Source: a virus (taxonomy: Duplodnaviria > Caudoviricetes). From it: DNA of 37,500 nucleotides. Position 1 is the first letter of the stretch, and the number at the start of each line of letters is the position of its first letter. A model generated the notes under the pieces. It ran no database searches. It saw only the letters and a program-made list of their open reading frames with translations, and was not told the origin of the DNA. This document shows, one piece after another, positions 19,586-28,210 of this stretch. The stretch covers positions 1-37,500 of the IMG/VR virus record IMGVR_UViG_3300020419_001035. The stretch is one strand, 5' to 3'. The position numbers and the translations under genes were made by a program.

Positions 19586-22500
19586 ATGGCAGATTTTAGA
19601 CTTGGTAGACTAAAATTTAACTGGAGAGGTGACTGGACGGCTGCGACCGCCTATGTCATTGATGACATTGTTAAATTTGGTGCTAACACATACGTTGCTT
19701 CCGCAAACCATACATCGGTTTCTTCAGCAGCACAATGGTACGGAACTGACGCTGGTAGTTGGTCACTTCATACTGAAGGGATTTACAATGCTGGTGATTG
19801 GGCTGCAGCCACATTCTATAAACTTAACGATATAGTTAAGTATGGTAACATTCTTTATAGAACGACTACACCCCATACAACAACAGCGACGTTTGATATC
19901 GCTAAGTTCTCTGCTTACTTGGATGGTCTCAAGTTTGAAGATACATGGGATTCTTCTACAGAGTATCAGAAAGGAGACATCGTAACTTACGGTGGTTATT
20001 CATATGTCGCTCTTCAAACTAGCACTGCTATTCAGCCAAATAATGGTATTGGTGTTCAGTGGGATATCTTAACTACAGGTTTTAAGGTTGTTGGTAACTG
20101 GGATAGTACTACAACATACAAACCAGGCGACGTTGTACTCTTAGGTGGTAACTCATACGTTGCTAAGACAACTAATATTAATTCATCTCCAGCATCCAAT
20201 GCATCTGATTGGGACTTCATTGTTGGAGGTTTCACTTGGAAAGGTACTTGGGATGTAGGTACAACATATTATCCAGGTGATGCTGTTACTAGAAATAGTA
20301 ACTCACATATTTGTGTTGCTGAGAACTCAGCACAAGCACCAGAGACAGACGTTAATGGTACATACTGGAATTCACTAGCGGAAGGAGCATCTGCCAATGT
20401 TCTGACTACATCTGGTGACGTTCTTTATCAAGGTGGTTCTGGTCCTGCTAGGTTGCCTATTGGTTCAGAGAATAAAGTTTTAACTGTTGACTCAACAGGA
20501 TATCCATCATGGAAAGAGAGTCACGTTACACATAGAGTTTATTACGTTACTCCAGAAGGTTCTGACCTTAATGCTGGTAGTAGTATTACAGCAGCATGGA
20601 GAACAGTTCGTCACGCTGTAGATAACGTAACTGGTCCTGCAACAATCTATGTTAAGGCAGGAACATATAATGAAATCCTTCCAATGAGGGTTCCTGAGCA
20701 AGTAGGTATTGTTGGTGATAACTTAAGAACATCAAGGATTCAGGCAAGAGCTGGTGAACCTTCAAGTGTTGTTAAACTTACACTTGCACAAGTACCTGAT
20801 GCTCAGTATAGAGTTCTTGGTGCTACTATCACATCTGGTGATGGAAGTAAGACTGGTGAAGTTATTGACGTTAGAGAAGGTGGTTCTGACATCTATGTTC
20901 AGACTGATGGATTTGTCAATAACAAAACTGGTGACTCATATAACCTATTAACATCTAACACACAGTTCCTTGTCAAGGAAACTCTTGCACAAGCCGCTGC
21001 TGGTGGTGTTACTATTACTAGTCCTCCTGGTGGAGATGCTTCTGTATTTGAAAGCAAAATGGCTGGTTTGGTTCAGGATATTACTGCTAACTTAGGTTAT
21101 GGTGGTAACGACCGTGTTTATGACACAGTTGATAATTGGATCACTACTAACTATTGGAATGGTGGTGAGGCAGAAGTTAATCAGATCTTAGGATACTTAA
21201 CTCCTCTTATGAAAGATGTTATCAATAACACAACAATTACTGTTGTTGGTACTCATGGATTAGGTCAGGTTAAGAACGAGTCTATTACAGATATCAGTAA
21301 TTATGGACAGGCAACCTGTATTGTTCAGGAAGCAACTATTACAACATTAATTGGAGTTGTAACAACTGGATTAGGTTCTGGACTTGGAAGTGTAACTAGA
21401 GACGCTAATGCTAACCTTTGGACAACTTCAGACACATATGAAGCAGGTTCTACAGATATTGCTATCAGTAGTGTAACACCTATCAATAACGAAAACTTAA
21501 CTATGTGGATGCTAGGAAGCACCACTATGCTTAAGGACATGGTTATGGATGGAATGGGTGGATTCGTTCCTTCTGTTTCTGATCCTAAAGATCTTAACAC
21601 TGCTACAATGGGTGGTGTTTATGTACGTCTAGATCCTAACTCACCAATTAAGAGATCACCTTACGTATCAAACTGTTCTTGCTTCGGTCCAACTGGAGTT
21701 GGTGCTGTTATTGATGGTGATGTTCACGCTAAGTGGGATAACACAGCACAGTTTACACCAACAAATGCTGTATATAATCCTTCTACAGGTGATATGACTC
21801 TTACTCTTGGTTCAAGTCATGGGTTAACTGCTGGATCTAGTATTCAATTAGCACAAGCATCTATCACATTCACTTGTGCTAAAGATGGTAATGCTACAAA
21901 CCATGCATATCCAAGAACAACTGACCCTTACTTTGGTAAGGAAATTGTAATTACTTCAGCAGACGCAACAACCATTACTATTAATGTTGGTATTGCTGCT
22001 CCTGCTGATCAGTATGGACATACATTTGTAAGTGCTTCTACTAACGCTGTTACGTTTGATAATAGATCAAACAAAACAATGGTGTTTGACTCTTGGACAC
22101 AAATCCATGAGGATGGTGGTGTAGGTTTCTGGGTTACAAACAAGGCAGGTGCTGAGATTGTATCTTGCTTTACTTACTACTGTCATGTTTCTTATGCTTC
22201 TACACGTGGTGGTAGAATCAGATCTCTTGCAGGTAACTCTTCTTGGGGTGTTTATGGTATTGTATCTTCTGGATTTGATAATAATGAATCAACTCTTGAT
22301 GGTAATATCGATGGATTATCACTTGAATATGATGCAGGAACAATCGTTGCTGGAGCACAAGATTCAATTTGGTTGAATGAAGAAAGAGTTGTTGGATTAA
22401 CATCTGGTGCTGTTGGAGAGATCATCTCTGTACAGGCTGGTGTTGGTAAGATTCTTTATAGACCTTTCAAAGGAACCTTTGTACAAGGTGAAACTATAGA

Positions 22501-23677
22501 TGGTCAAACTTCTGGAGTACAAGGTGCTCTACTTAGCAACGCTGATGCTGTTGGTGGTCAGAATGGATTCGTACTTGCCATAACTGGTAGGTCATCTGCC
22601 CCTGTTCCAGGTGGTTCGATGGAATTTGTTACTGGTCCTGGTGGTGCTGGTGATGAACCATTCACATTCGTTATTGCGAACTCATCATATAATCCTCCTA
22701 CAGGAAGAGGTAACTTAACTGTTACTAGAGGACTGCTAGGAAGTGCTGCTGCTACTCATCTAGGTTTGGAACTGATCACTAGATATCAGTATGGTGGTGC
22801 TAGTAACTTGAGTTCTGCTGTTAACAGTTCTTCTGAAACCACAATTTTTGTTAACTCTATTTCAGGATTCTCAATTGGAGCATTCTGTATTGTAGGTGAT
22901 GAAATGATGGGTATTACTTCATTCCCAACAGCAACATCTATGGATGTTACTCGTGGAGTTGAAGGAACTAATGCTACTGCTCATACCAGTGGTGCTTCAG
23001 TTCGTGCTATTGAAATCAAGGTTGTCGATCAAACAGATACTTTGAGAGATCTTAATAACTCTCAAGATAATGTTAGAATTTCTGACGCTTCTGGTTTCAA
23101 TCTCAATGACTACATCAAGATTGATAATGAGTTTATGCAGGTAACAAACTCACAGACAGATACAACTGGTACTTCATTAGTTGTTCTTGCTGCTGAGAAA
23201 CCTACAAGAACCTTCGATGGACAAAACTATAAAATCAGATATGGTTATAGTCAAGTTCGTCTAACTGGTCATGACTTCCTAGACTTAGGTACAGGAAACA
23301 AACTACAAACTAACTGGCCTGGAGATCCATTAGTTGATCCAGCACCAGGCAATGAGGTCACTGAAGACTTCCCAGGACGTGTATTCTTTGTATCAACTGA
23401 CCAAGATGGTAACTTTACCGTTGGTCGTTACTTTAAGGTTAACCAGGCAACTGGTTCAACTACATTGAATGCATCATCTTTTGACCTATCTGGTCTATCA
23501 TCCTTGAGACTGGGTTCTATTGGTGCTCAGTTAGGAGAAAGTATCACAGAATTCTCTTCTGATGTTACTCTTTCTGCTAACTCAAACCAAAAAGTTCCTA
23601 CTCAACGTGCCGTCAAGACATACATTGACACCACACGTACGACTAAAGGATACGTATTCTGGGCAGGGTCAGTTTGA
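19586..23677 (+). CDS. Tail spike/fibre with tandem CBM5/12-like repeats and a pectin-lyase-like beta-helix
   Basis: 1363 aa. About five WxGxW...TxY..GD(I/V)VxYGG.SYV repeats, then VYYVTPEGSD.NAG.....WRTVRHA...TIYVKAGTYNE..P..VP..V.IVGDNLR. Strong RBS aagga. Confidence 0.8.
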   Translation: MADFRLGRLKFNWRGDWTAATAYVIDDIVKFGANTYVASANHTSVSSAAQWYGTDAGSWSLHTEGIYNAGDWAAATFYKLNDIVKYGNILYRTTTPHTTTATFDIAKFSAYLDGLKFEDTWDSSTEYQKGDIVTYGGYSYVALQTSTAIQPNNGIGVQWDILTTGFKVVGNWDSTTTYKPGDVVLLGGNSYVAKTTNINSSPASNASDWDFIVGGFTWKGTWDVGTTYYPGDAVTRNSNSHICVAENSAQAPETDVNGTYWNSLAEGASANVLTTSGDVLYQGGSGPARLPIGSENKVLTVDSTGYPSWKESHVTHRVYYVTPEGSDLNAGSSITAAWRTVRHAVDNVTGPATIYVKAGTYNEILPMRVPEQVGIVGDNLRTSRIQARAGEPSSVVKLTLAQVPDAQYRVLGATITSGDGSKTGEVIDVREGGSDIYVQTDGFVNNKTGDSYNLLTSNTQFLVKETLAQAAAGGVTITSPPGGDASVFESKMAGLVQDITANLGYGGNDRVYDTVDNWITTNYWNGGEAEVNQILGYLTPLMKDVINNTTITVVGTHGLGQVKNESITDISNYGQATCIVQEATITTLIGVVTTGLGSGLGSVTRDANANLWTTSDTYEAGSTDIAISSVTPINNENLTMWMLGSTTMLKDMVMDGMGGFVPSVSDPKDLNTATMGGVYVRLDPNSPIKRSPYVSNCSCFGPTGVGAVIDGDVHAKWDNTAQFTPTNAVYNPSTGDMTLTLGSSHGLTAGSSIQLAQASITFTCAKDGNATNHAYPRTTDPYFGKEIVITSADATTITINVGIAAPADQYGHTFVSASTNAVTFDNRSNKTMVFDSWTQIHEDGGVGFWVTNKAGAEIVSCFTYYCHVSYASTRGGRIRSLAGNSSWGVYGIVSSGFDNNESTLDGNIDGLSLEYDAGTIVAGAQDSIWLNEERVVGLTSGAVGEIISVQAGVGKILYRPFKGTFVQGETIDGQTSGVQGALLSNADAVGGQNGFVLAITGRSSAPVPGGSMEFVTGPGGAGDEPFTFVIANSSYNPPTGRGNLTVTRGLLGSAAATHLGLELITRYQYGGASNLSSAVNSSSETTIFVNSISGFSIGAFCIVGDEMMGITSFPTATSMDVTRGVEGTNATAHTSGASVRAIEIKVVDQTDTLRDLNNSQDNVRISDASGFNLNDYIKIDNEFMQVTNSQTDTTGTSLVVLAAEKPTRTFDGQNYKIRYGYSQVRLTGHDFLDLGTGNKLQTNWPGDPLVDPAPGNEVTEDFPGRVFFVSTDQDGNFTVGRYFKVNQATGSTTLNASSFDLSGLSSLRLGSIGAQLGESITEFSSDVTLSANSNQKVPTQRAVKTYIDTTRTTKGYVFWAGSV

Positions 23678-23690
23678 TCCCCCCAATTAT

Positions 23691-23698
23691 TATAAATA
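23691..23698 (+). promoter_or_regulatory. T4-type late promoter
   Basis: TATAAATA in the intergenic gap before ATG 23738 (RBS ggag). Confidence 0.8.
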
Positions 23699-23737
23699 TC
23701 ATATAACCACTAACATCTGCTACACGGAGAATAGAAA

Positions 23738-24061
23738 ATGGCTTCTGGAATATTGGGGACTCAAACATCCCTAGCCGCAAATACATTAACAACAATATAC
23801 ACTGTACCTGCAAGTACTGTGGCATACATGAACTTTAACATTGTTAACACCAATGCAACTCCAGTTGATGTAAGAGTAGCTCTTGCAGCTGCTGATACAC
23901 CATCTGCTGCTGAGTACGTTGAGTACAACGCTGAGATTGGAGGGTATGGAGTTCTTGAGAGAACTGGTTTCGCTATGGGAACTGGAAAAAAATTAGTTGC
24001 ATTCTCGGATACAACTGGCGTAAGTATCTCTGCTTACGGTGTTGAAGAAACAACTTCCTAA
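23738..24061 (+). CDS. Small beta-sandwich tail adaptor protein
   Basis: 107 aa; TTIYTVPA...NIVN....VDVRVA...YVEYNAEI..LERTG...LVAFSD...SISAYG. Similar to two domains of the 36732 ORF. Confidence 0.75.
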   Translation: MASGILGTQTSLAANTLTTIYTVPASTVAYMNFNIVNTNATPVDVRVALAAADTPSAAEYVEYNAEIGGYGVLERTGFAMGTGKKLVAFSDTTGVSISAYGVEETTS

Positions 24062-24095
24062 TTAATAAATAGATTTACACGGAGATATTAAGAAA

Positions 24096-24419
24096 ATGGG
24101 ACGCAACCTAACACCAGTATCCGATACAAGAGAAACGTTAGCAGTAACAACTACTCATTCTGTTTTGGCTGGACAAATTTTATTGCTTGACACTACAGGA
24201 GCAGCTTTCACTATAACCTTACCTGCTAATGGTAAAATTGGTGATCGTATTAATCTTGTTGATGCAGCTGGTAACTGTGATGTTAACAAAGTAACTGTTG
24301 CTCGCAACGGTCACAAAATTGCCAATTTAGCAGAAGATTTAGATTTTGATATTAAAAATGCATCACTTGAATTAATCTATACAGGCTCTGCTTACGGATG
24401 GTCTATACTGTCCAACTAA
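24096..24419 (+). CDS. Small tail protein, T4 gp34-like repeat domain
   Basis: 107 aa; DTTGAAFTITLPA....GDRI.LVD....NKVTVARNGHKI...EDL..D....LELIY.....GW. Paralogous to the C-terminal half of 18709..19170. Confidence 0.75.
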   Translation: MGRNLTPVSDTRETLAVTTTHSVLAGQILLLDTTGAAFTITLPANGKIGDRINLVDAAGNCDVNKVTVARNGHKIANLAEDLDFDIKNASLELIYTGSAYGWSILSN

Positions 24420-24438
24420 ACAATAACGGGTAGCCGAA

Positions 24439-25365
24439 ATGTCAAGTTTACGAGATTTATTAGATGTACCTGATACCAATGTAGTCCCTATTCAGACTTA
24501 CATGGGTGGTGGGCAACATCAACTATATTACAGAGGCAACCACTGTTGGGAGTTCGGTAGTTCTTACAACTACGACTGGCAGCGTATAAGGTGGTGCGTT
24601 CCACCTTCATGTATCTGTAAGGTTAAGTTCGAACTCTGGGGAGGAGGAGGCGGTGGATCTGGTACATGTTGCTGTTCTATTGCTTGGAACGGACACTCTG
24701 GACAATATAGTTCTTGTACCGTTTGTGCTGCTGTTCAAGGAGTTTCTGCATTAGACAATTGTTGTTATGACATCTGTGTAGCAGGTGGTACATGTAGACA
24801 TCCTTCCAGAGGTGGTTTTGATGGTTGTAAGTCATATGTTGATGGACCAGGATTAAGCGACTTCTGTGCTTGTGGTGGTTGTAACGGAAGAAACTGTTGC
24901 CACTGGGTTGATTCTTACTTCGCTTGTAGAACTAAAATATTTGAAGAAGGTCCAGGATGTTGCAGAGGACAGTATGAGCATTACACACTAGGAAGTAGTG
25001 ATTGTATGGATGCTTGTGAAGCGAAAGGTAAGTGGTACTGGAACGCTCTTACACCATATATTCATTATGACTGTAACCCTGGTTGCGGTAACTGGTGCAT
25101 GAAGAAGGACTATCATCCTAACCCTCCTATGTACGGTGCTCGTTACGGTGTGTACAACGCTACAAGAAAACCTGACATGGCAAGTTGTGGTAGACGACAA
25201 ACACTATGGATGACTGGTAACAACGGTGGACTCTCAGGAGACTGCTGGAGAAATGGTCCTCCTGGTTCTGGTGGTACATCTGCTCAGGTATTCGGTGGTG
25301 GTTGCTGCTGTTCTTCTGAGGGTGCTCACGGACTCGTAAGAATCACTCTATTCTGCAAAACATAA
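24439..25365 (+). CDS. Cys-rich glycine-rich-domain protein 1 (putative adhesin)
   Basis: 308 aa, 33 Cys by hand count; WCVP..KFELWGGGGGG..CCC, FCACGG, PGSGG.SA..GGGCCC..G..GLVRIT. Confidence 0.8.
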   Translation: MSSLRDLLDVPDTNVVPIQTYMGGGQHQLYYRGNHCWEFGSSYNYDWQRIRWCVPPSCICKVKFELWGGGGGGSGTCCCSIAWNGHSGQYSSCTVCAAVQGVSALDNCCYDICVAGGTCRHPSRGGFDGCKSYVDGPGLSDFCACGGCNGRNCCHWVDSYFACRTKIFEEGPGCCRGQYEHYTLGSSDCMDACEAKGKWYWNALTPYIHYDCNPGCGNWCMKKDYHPNPPMYGARYGVYNATRKPDMASCGRRQTLWMTGNNGGLSGDCWRNGPPGSGGTSAQVFGGGCCCSSEGAHGLVRITLFCKT

Positions 25366-25375
25366 GGAAAGGCAA

Positions 25376-26296
25376 ATGAATTTACGAGAACTATTAGGCA
25401 GAGAATTTGCCTCAACAATCGACCAAACGATTGCAGAAAATACTTCATTAGAAAGAAACCACGAAGGAAGAGTATTCTTATTCGCACCTTATTGTAACCT
25501 AGGTAACTGCGAGTCTAACTACTGGGAGTATTGCATCCAACATTGGTGCGTACCTTGTGGAACTACTCAAGCAACTTTCGAGTTGTGGGGTGGTGGTGGA
25601 TCTGGTGGTGGTGCATGTTGCTGTATGCAAGGTGTTCCTGGTGGTGCTGGATCATATGTAAGAAAGACACTTCAGTATCCTGAGATACAAGGTGGTTGGT
25701 GTTATCAGTTATGTGTAGCATCACCAACCTGCTGCTCACGTTGTTGCTGTGGTATTAGTGGATGTAAGACATGGGTCACTGGATGTAACACTAGTAACCT
25801 CTGTGCTGATGGTGGACTTCCTGGTAAAACATGTTGCTGGGCTTTCTGGAACTCAACATATAGATGCCAAGATAAAGTTACTTTAGGTAGGAATCTTCAT
25901 ACTGATGGATCCTGCTCCTACGGTGGAGATTGCATGATCAAGGGTAAACCTGGATTCTTTTACAATGCTTGTGATGGTAATAACTGCTGGGCTAAAGGTA
26001 TGATGCCTGTTCCTGCTGGACTTATTAGCAACATGGGTGCATATATTACTCAGAACTATCAGGGTAATGCTTGTATTCATGAATATATGAACTGTACAGG
26101 TACAACACCTTGGGCATATAACATTAATTGTAACGCCACACTTCCTGGTGTTGGTTCTCCTTCTGCTACAGCATGTGGTGGTGGATGCTGCTATGGATGG
26201 CGTGGCAATGGTGGTTTAATTAGAATCACATACTGTTCATGCTGGTTACAGTCTGCGACTTCTAACGAAGACTGTGCTTGGTACTACTTTAACTAA
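25376..26296 (+). CDS. Cys-rich glycine-rich-domain protein 2 (putative adhesin)
   Basis: 306 aa, 34 Cys by hand count; WCVP..TFELWGGGGSGGGACCC, LCADGG, PGVG.PSA..CGGGCC..G.GGLIRIT. Confidence 0.8.
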   Translation: MNLRELLGREFASTIDQTIAENTSLERNHEGRVFLFAPYCNLGNCESNYWEYCIQHWCVPCGTTQATFELWGGGGSGGGACCCMQGVPGGAGSYVRKTLQYPEIQGGWCYQLCVASPTCCSRCCCGISGCKTWVTGCNTSNLCADGGLPGKTCCWAFWNSTYRCQDKVTLGRNLHTDGSCSYGGDCMIKGKPGFFYNACDGNNCWAKGMMPVPAGLISNMGAYITQNYQGNACIHEYMNCTGTTPWAYNINCNATLPGVGSPSATACGGGCCYGWRGNGGLIRITYCSCWLQSATSNEDCAWYYFN

Positions 26297-26319
26297 ATAA
26301 GAAGACAGAGGAACTTAGA

Positions 26320-27222
26320 ATGCCAAACACCAATTTACGAGATCTATTAGGATTCGTTACTTCTGACTCATTAGCAGGATTATCTGCTCCTGATGCAACT
26401 ACCAAACTTGCCAATTTACCTGCTACAGGTTATTGTGTACACTATATGGTAGGTGCATGTGGATCTACTTGTAGTGAGTTTTCTACAAGTTACCACTACT
26501 ACAGATATCCTCAGTGGTGTATTCCAGATGGTGTTTGTGATGTTATTTTTGAACTGTGGGGTGCTGGAGGAGGCGGTGGTTCTTCTTGCTGCTGCTCTAG
26601 AGGTATTCCTGCTGGTTCAGGTGCATATGCTTGGAAACGTATTCAATGTGATAAGAACGTAATCGCAAATTGTGTTTATGATATTCAGATTGGTACTCCT
26701 GGTTGTGGTAGAACTGGATCACAGTGTGGAAATGCTGGTGGATCAACTTATATTACTGGTCCTAACTTAAGTAACTTCTGTGCTAAAGGTGGTGGAGGAG
26801 GATGCTCATGCTGCTTCCAGTGCTGCTGTACATGGAATGTTATGTGCTTAAGTAGTTGTCCTGGTGGTTGCTGCGTAACTTATTGTGGTGCAGATGGTGG
26901 AGCATATGGTGTTCCTGGTGCTTCTTATCTATTCTGCTACAATAACCATTGCTATAATAAGCAACATGTTCCTTATCCTGCTGGATTAGTTAACGGTAAG
27001 GGTGGATGGATGACTGGAACCCAGTGTGAAGACAGTGGATGTGGTTATTGCTTACTCCATTGGTCAACTGCTCAATTAGGATGGGGTGGATCATTCTCTG
27101 ATCACAACTTTGTTCCTGGTGTTGGTGGTCCTTCTGGTTGGACTTGTGGCGGTGGATGCTGTCATGGTCAAAACGGTACTAGTGGTATGGTACGTATCAA
27201 CTACAAGTACGACGAAAACTAA
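26320..27222 (+). CDS. Cys-rich glycine-rich-domain protein 3 (putative adhesin)
   Basis: 300 aa, 32 Cys by hand count; WCIP..IFELWGAGGGGGSSCCC, FCAKGG, PGVGGPSG..CGGGCC..G..GMVRIN. Confidence 0.8.
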   Translation: MPNTNLRDLLGFVTSDSLAGLSAPDATTKLANLPATGYCVHYMVGACGSTCSEFSTSYHYYRYPQWCIPDGVCDVIFELWGAGGGGGSSCCCSRGIPAGSGAYAWKRIQCDKNVIANCVYDIQIGTPGCGRTGSQCGNAGGSTYITGPNLSNFCAKGGGGGCSCCFQCCCTWNVMCLSSCPGGCCVTYCGADGGAYGVPGASYLFCYNNHCYNKQHVPYPAGLVNGKGGWMTGTQCEDSGCGYCLLHWSTAQLGWGGSFSDHNFVPGVGGPSGWTCGGGCCHGQNGTSGMVRINYKYDEN

Positions 27223-27230
27223 TTAAATTT

Positions 27231-27238
27231 TATAAATA
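27231..27238 (+). promoter_or_regulatory. T4-type late promoter
   Basis: TATAAATA upstream of ATG 27263. Confidence 0.75.
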
Positions 27239-27262
27239 ACAAGGTATAGGTAAACTAAGGTT

Positions 27263-28102
27263 ATGGCTTTCACAAAAACATTCACTTATAAAGTGCCAGA
27301 CGATTACTTGGCACAAACTGATGATTTAGGTCTTACTGCTACATGGACTTATGACGGACCACGATGGTTGTTTGTGTTTGTCGATAAAGCAAGCGGTAAA
27401 CTTCAACCATCTCAATCATGTATTACCATGAACAGACCACCTACAACAGGTGATGCTGAAATGGCACAAGCTCGTGCTGGTGTAGATCAAATTGCAGTTC
27501 AGATCGACATGAACTCTCCTACCGATGAAGAAGCAGTTATTGCATCAATTTATTTCGGTAAAGACACAGGTAAAGCAGCTGGTTATCCTCAGAAAGAATA
27601 TAAAGTTACTGGTGATGACACAGTTCATTATGAACGTCCTGACCCAATCTCACCTGACCATGCCTATGCAGCTGACGAGATTGAGTATGATCAAGCAGCA
27701 GGTGATTGGAAATCTCCACTTCCATGGTTCAAGCCTTGGATCACAATGGAGCAACATAAAGCAGCACGTGATGGATTGATGGCAGATGCTCAAGCATGCT
27801 TAGATGCAGAAGCAACTGAGAATGGTGGTCAGGGTAACCTTACTGATCAACAAAGAGCTGCTCTTGAAGGATTTGTTGCAGAATTGGGAGCACTATATAC
27901 AAAGTTCGCTTCTGCTGATGGTTGGGGACCACATATGATTCCATTCCCTGATGATCCTCGTACTCCTTGGATTGATGGATATGATTATCGTGTTAATGAC
28001 TACGATGAGTTGATCGATGCAGCAACAGGATTAACTAAGTCTGTTGAGACTCCAGATCCTACAGTAATAGAAAACGCTTCTCCACAAACTATGAGAGGTT
28101 AA
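27263..28102 (+). CDS. Tail fibre assembly chaperone-like protein
   Basis: 279 aa, acidic. C-terminal KAARDGLMAD...LTDQQRAALEGFVAELGAL...IPFPDDP resembles the R.RD.LL...W..YRQ.LRDLP...FP..P tail assembly chaperone pattern. Confidence 0.6.
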   Translation: MAFTKTFTYKVPDDYLAQTDDLGLTATWTYDGPRWLFVFVDKASGKLQPSQSCITMNRPPTTGDAEMAQARAGVDQIAVQIDMNSPTDEEAVIASIYFGKDTGKAAGYPQKEYKVTGDDTVHYERPDPISPDHAYAADEIEYDQAAGDWKSPLPWFKPWITMEQHKAARDGLMADAQACLDAEATENGGQGNLTDQQRAALEGFVAELGALYTKFASADGWGPHMIPFPDDPRTPWIDGYDYRVNDYDELIDAATGLTKSVETPDPTVIENASPQTMRG

Positions 28103-28122
28103 AAAAGATCGGAAGATCTGAT

Positions 28123-28149
28123 AGGGCGGTGTAAAAACCGTCCTTTTTT
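28123..28149 (+). terminator. Rho-independent terminator
   Basis: agggcggt-gtaaaa-accgtcct stem-loop followed by a T run. Confidence 0.85.
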
Positions 28150-28154
28150 ATGCG

Positions 28155-28162
28155 TATAAATA
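28155..28162 (+). promoter_or_regulatory. T4-type late promoter heading the modification cassette
   Basis: TATAAATA immediately after the terminator, upstream of ATG 28211. Confidence 0.8.
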
Positions 28163-28210
28163 ATGGTGAAGTTGAATAAATCCTTCTATATCATTCTATA
28201 TTAACATATT

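Noticed and set aside
10386-26298. Variant late boxes (aataaata/ctaaata near 10391, 10605, 24064, 26293)
   Set aside because: Plausible but non-consensus in AT-rich DNA and partly overlapping stop codons; not distinguishable from chance without TSS data.
24439-27222. Genetic-code reassignment or selenocysteine as the cause of Cys richness or stop avoidance
   Set aside because: Cys codons are ordinary TGT/TGC, and genes in the window end in TAA, TGA and TAG without in-frame interruptions.
28106-28119. AGATCGGAAGA matching the start of the Illumina adapter
   Set aside because: The match stops at 11 nt and the segment is a perfect agatc-GGAA-gatct hairpin in a coherent stop/terminator/promoter context. 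Probably genomic; read mapping would settle it.
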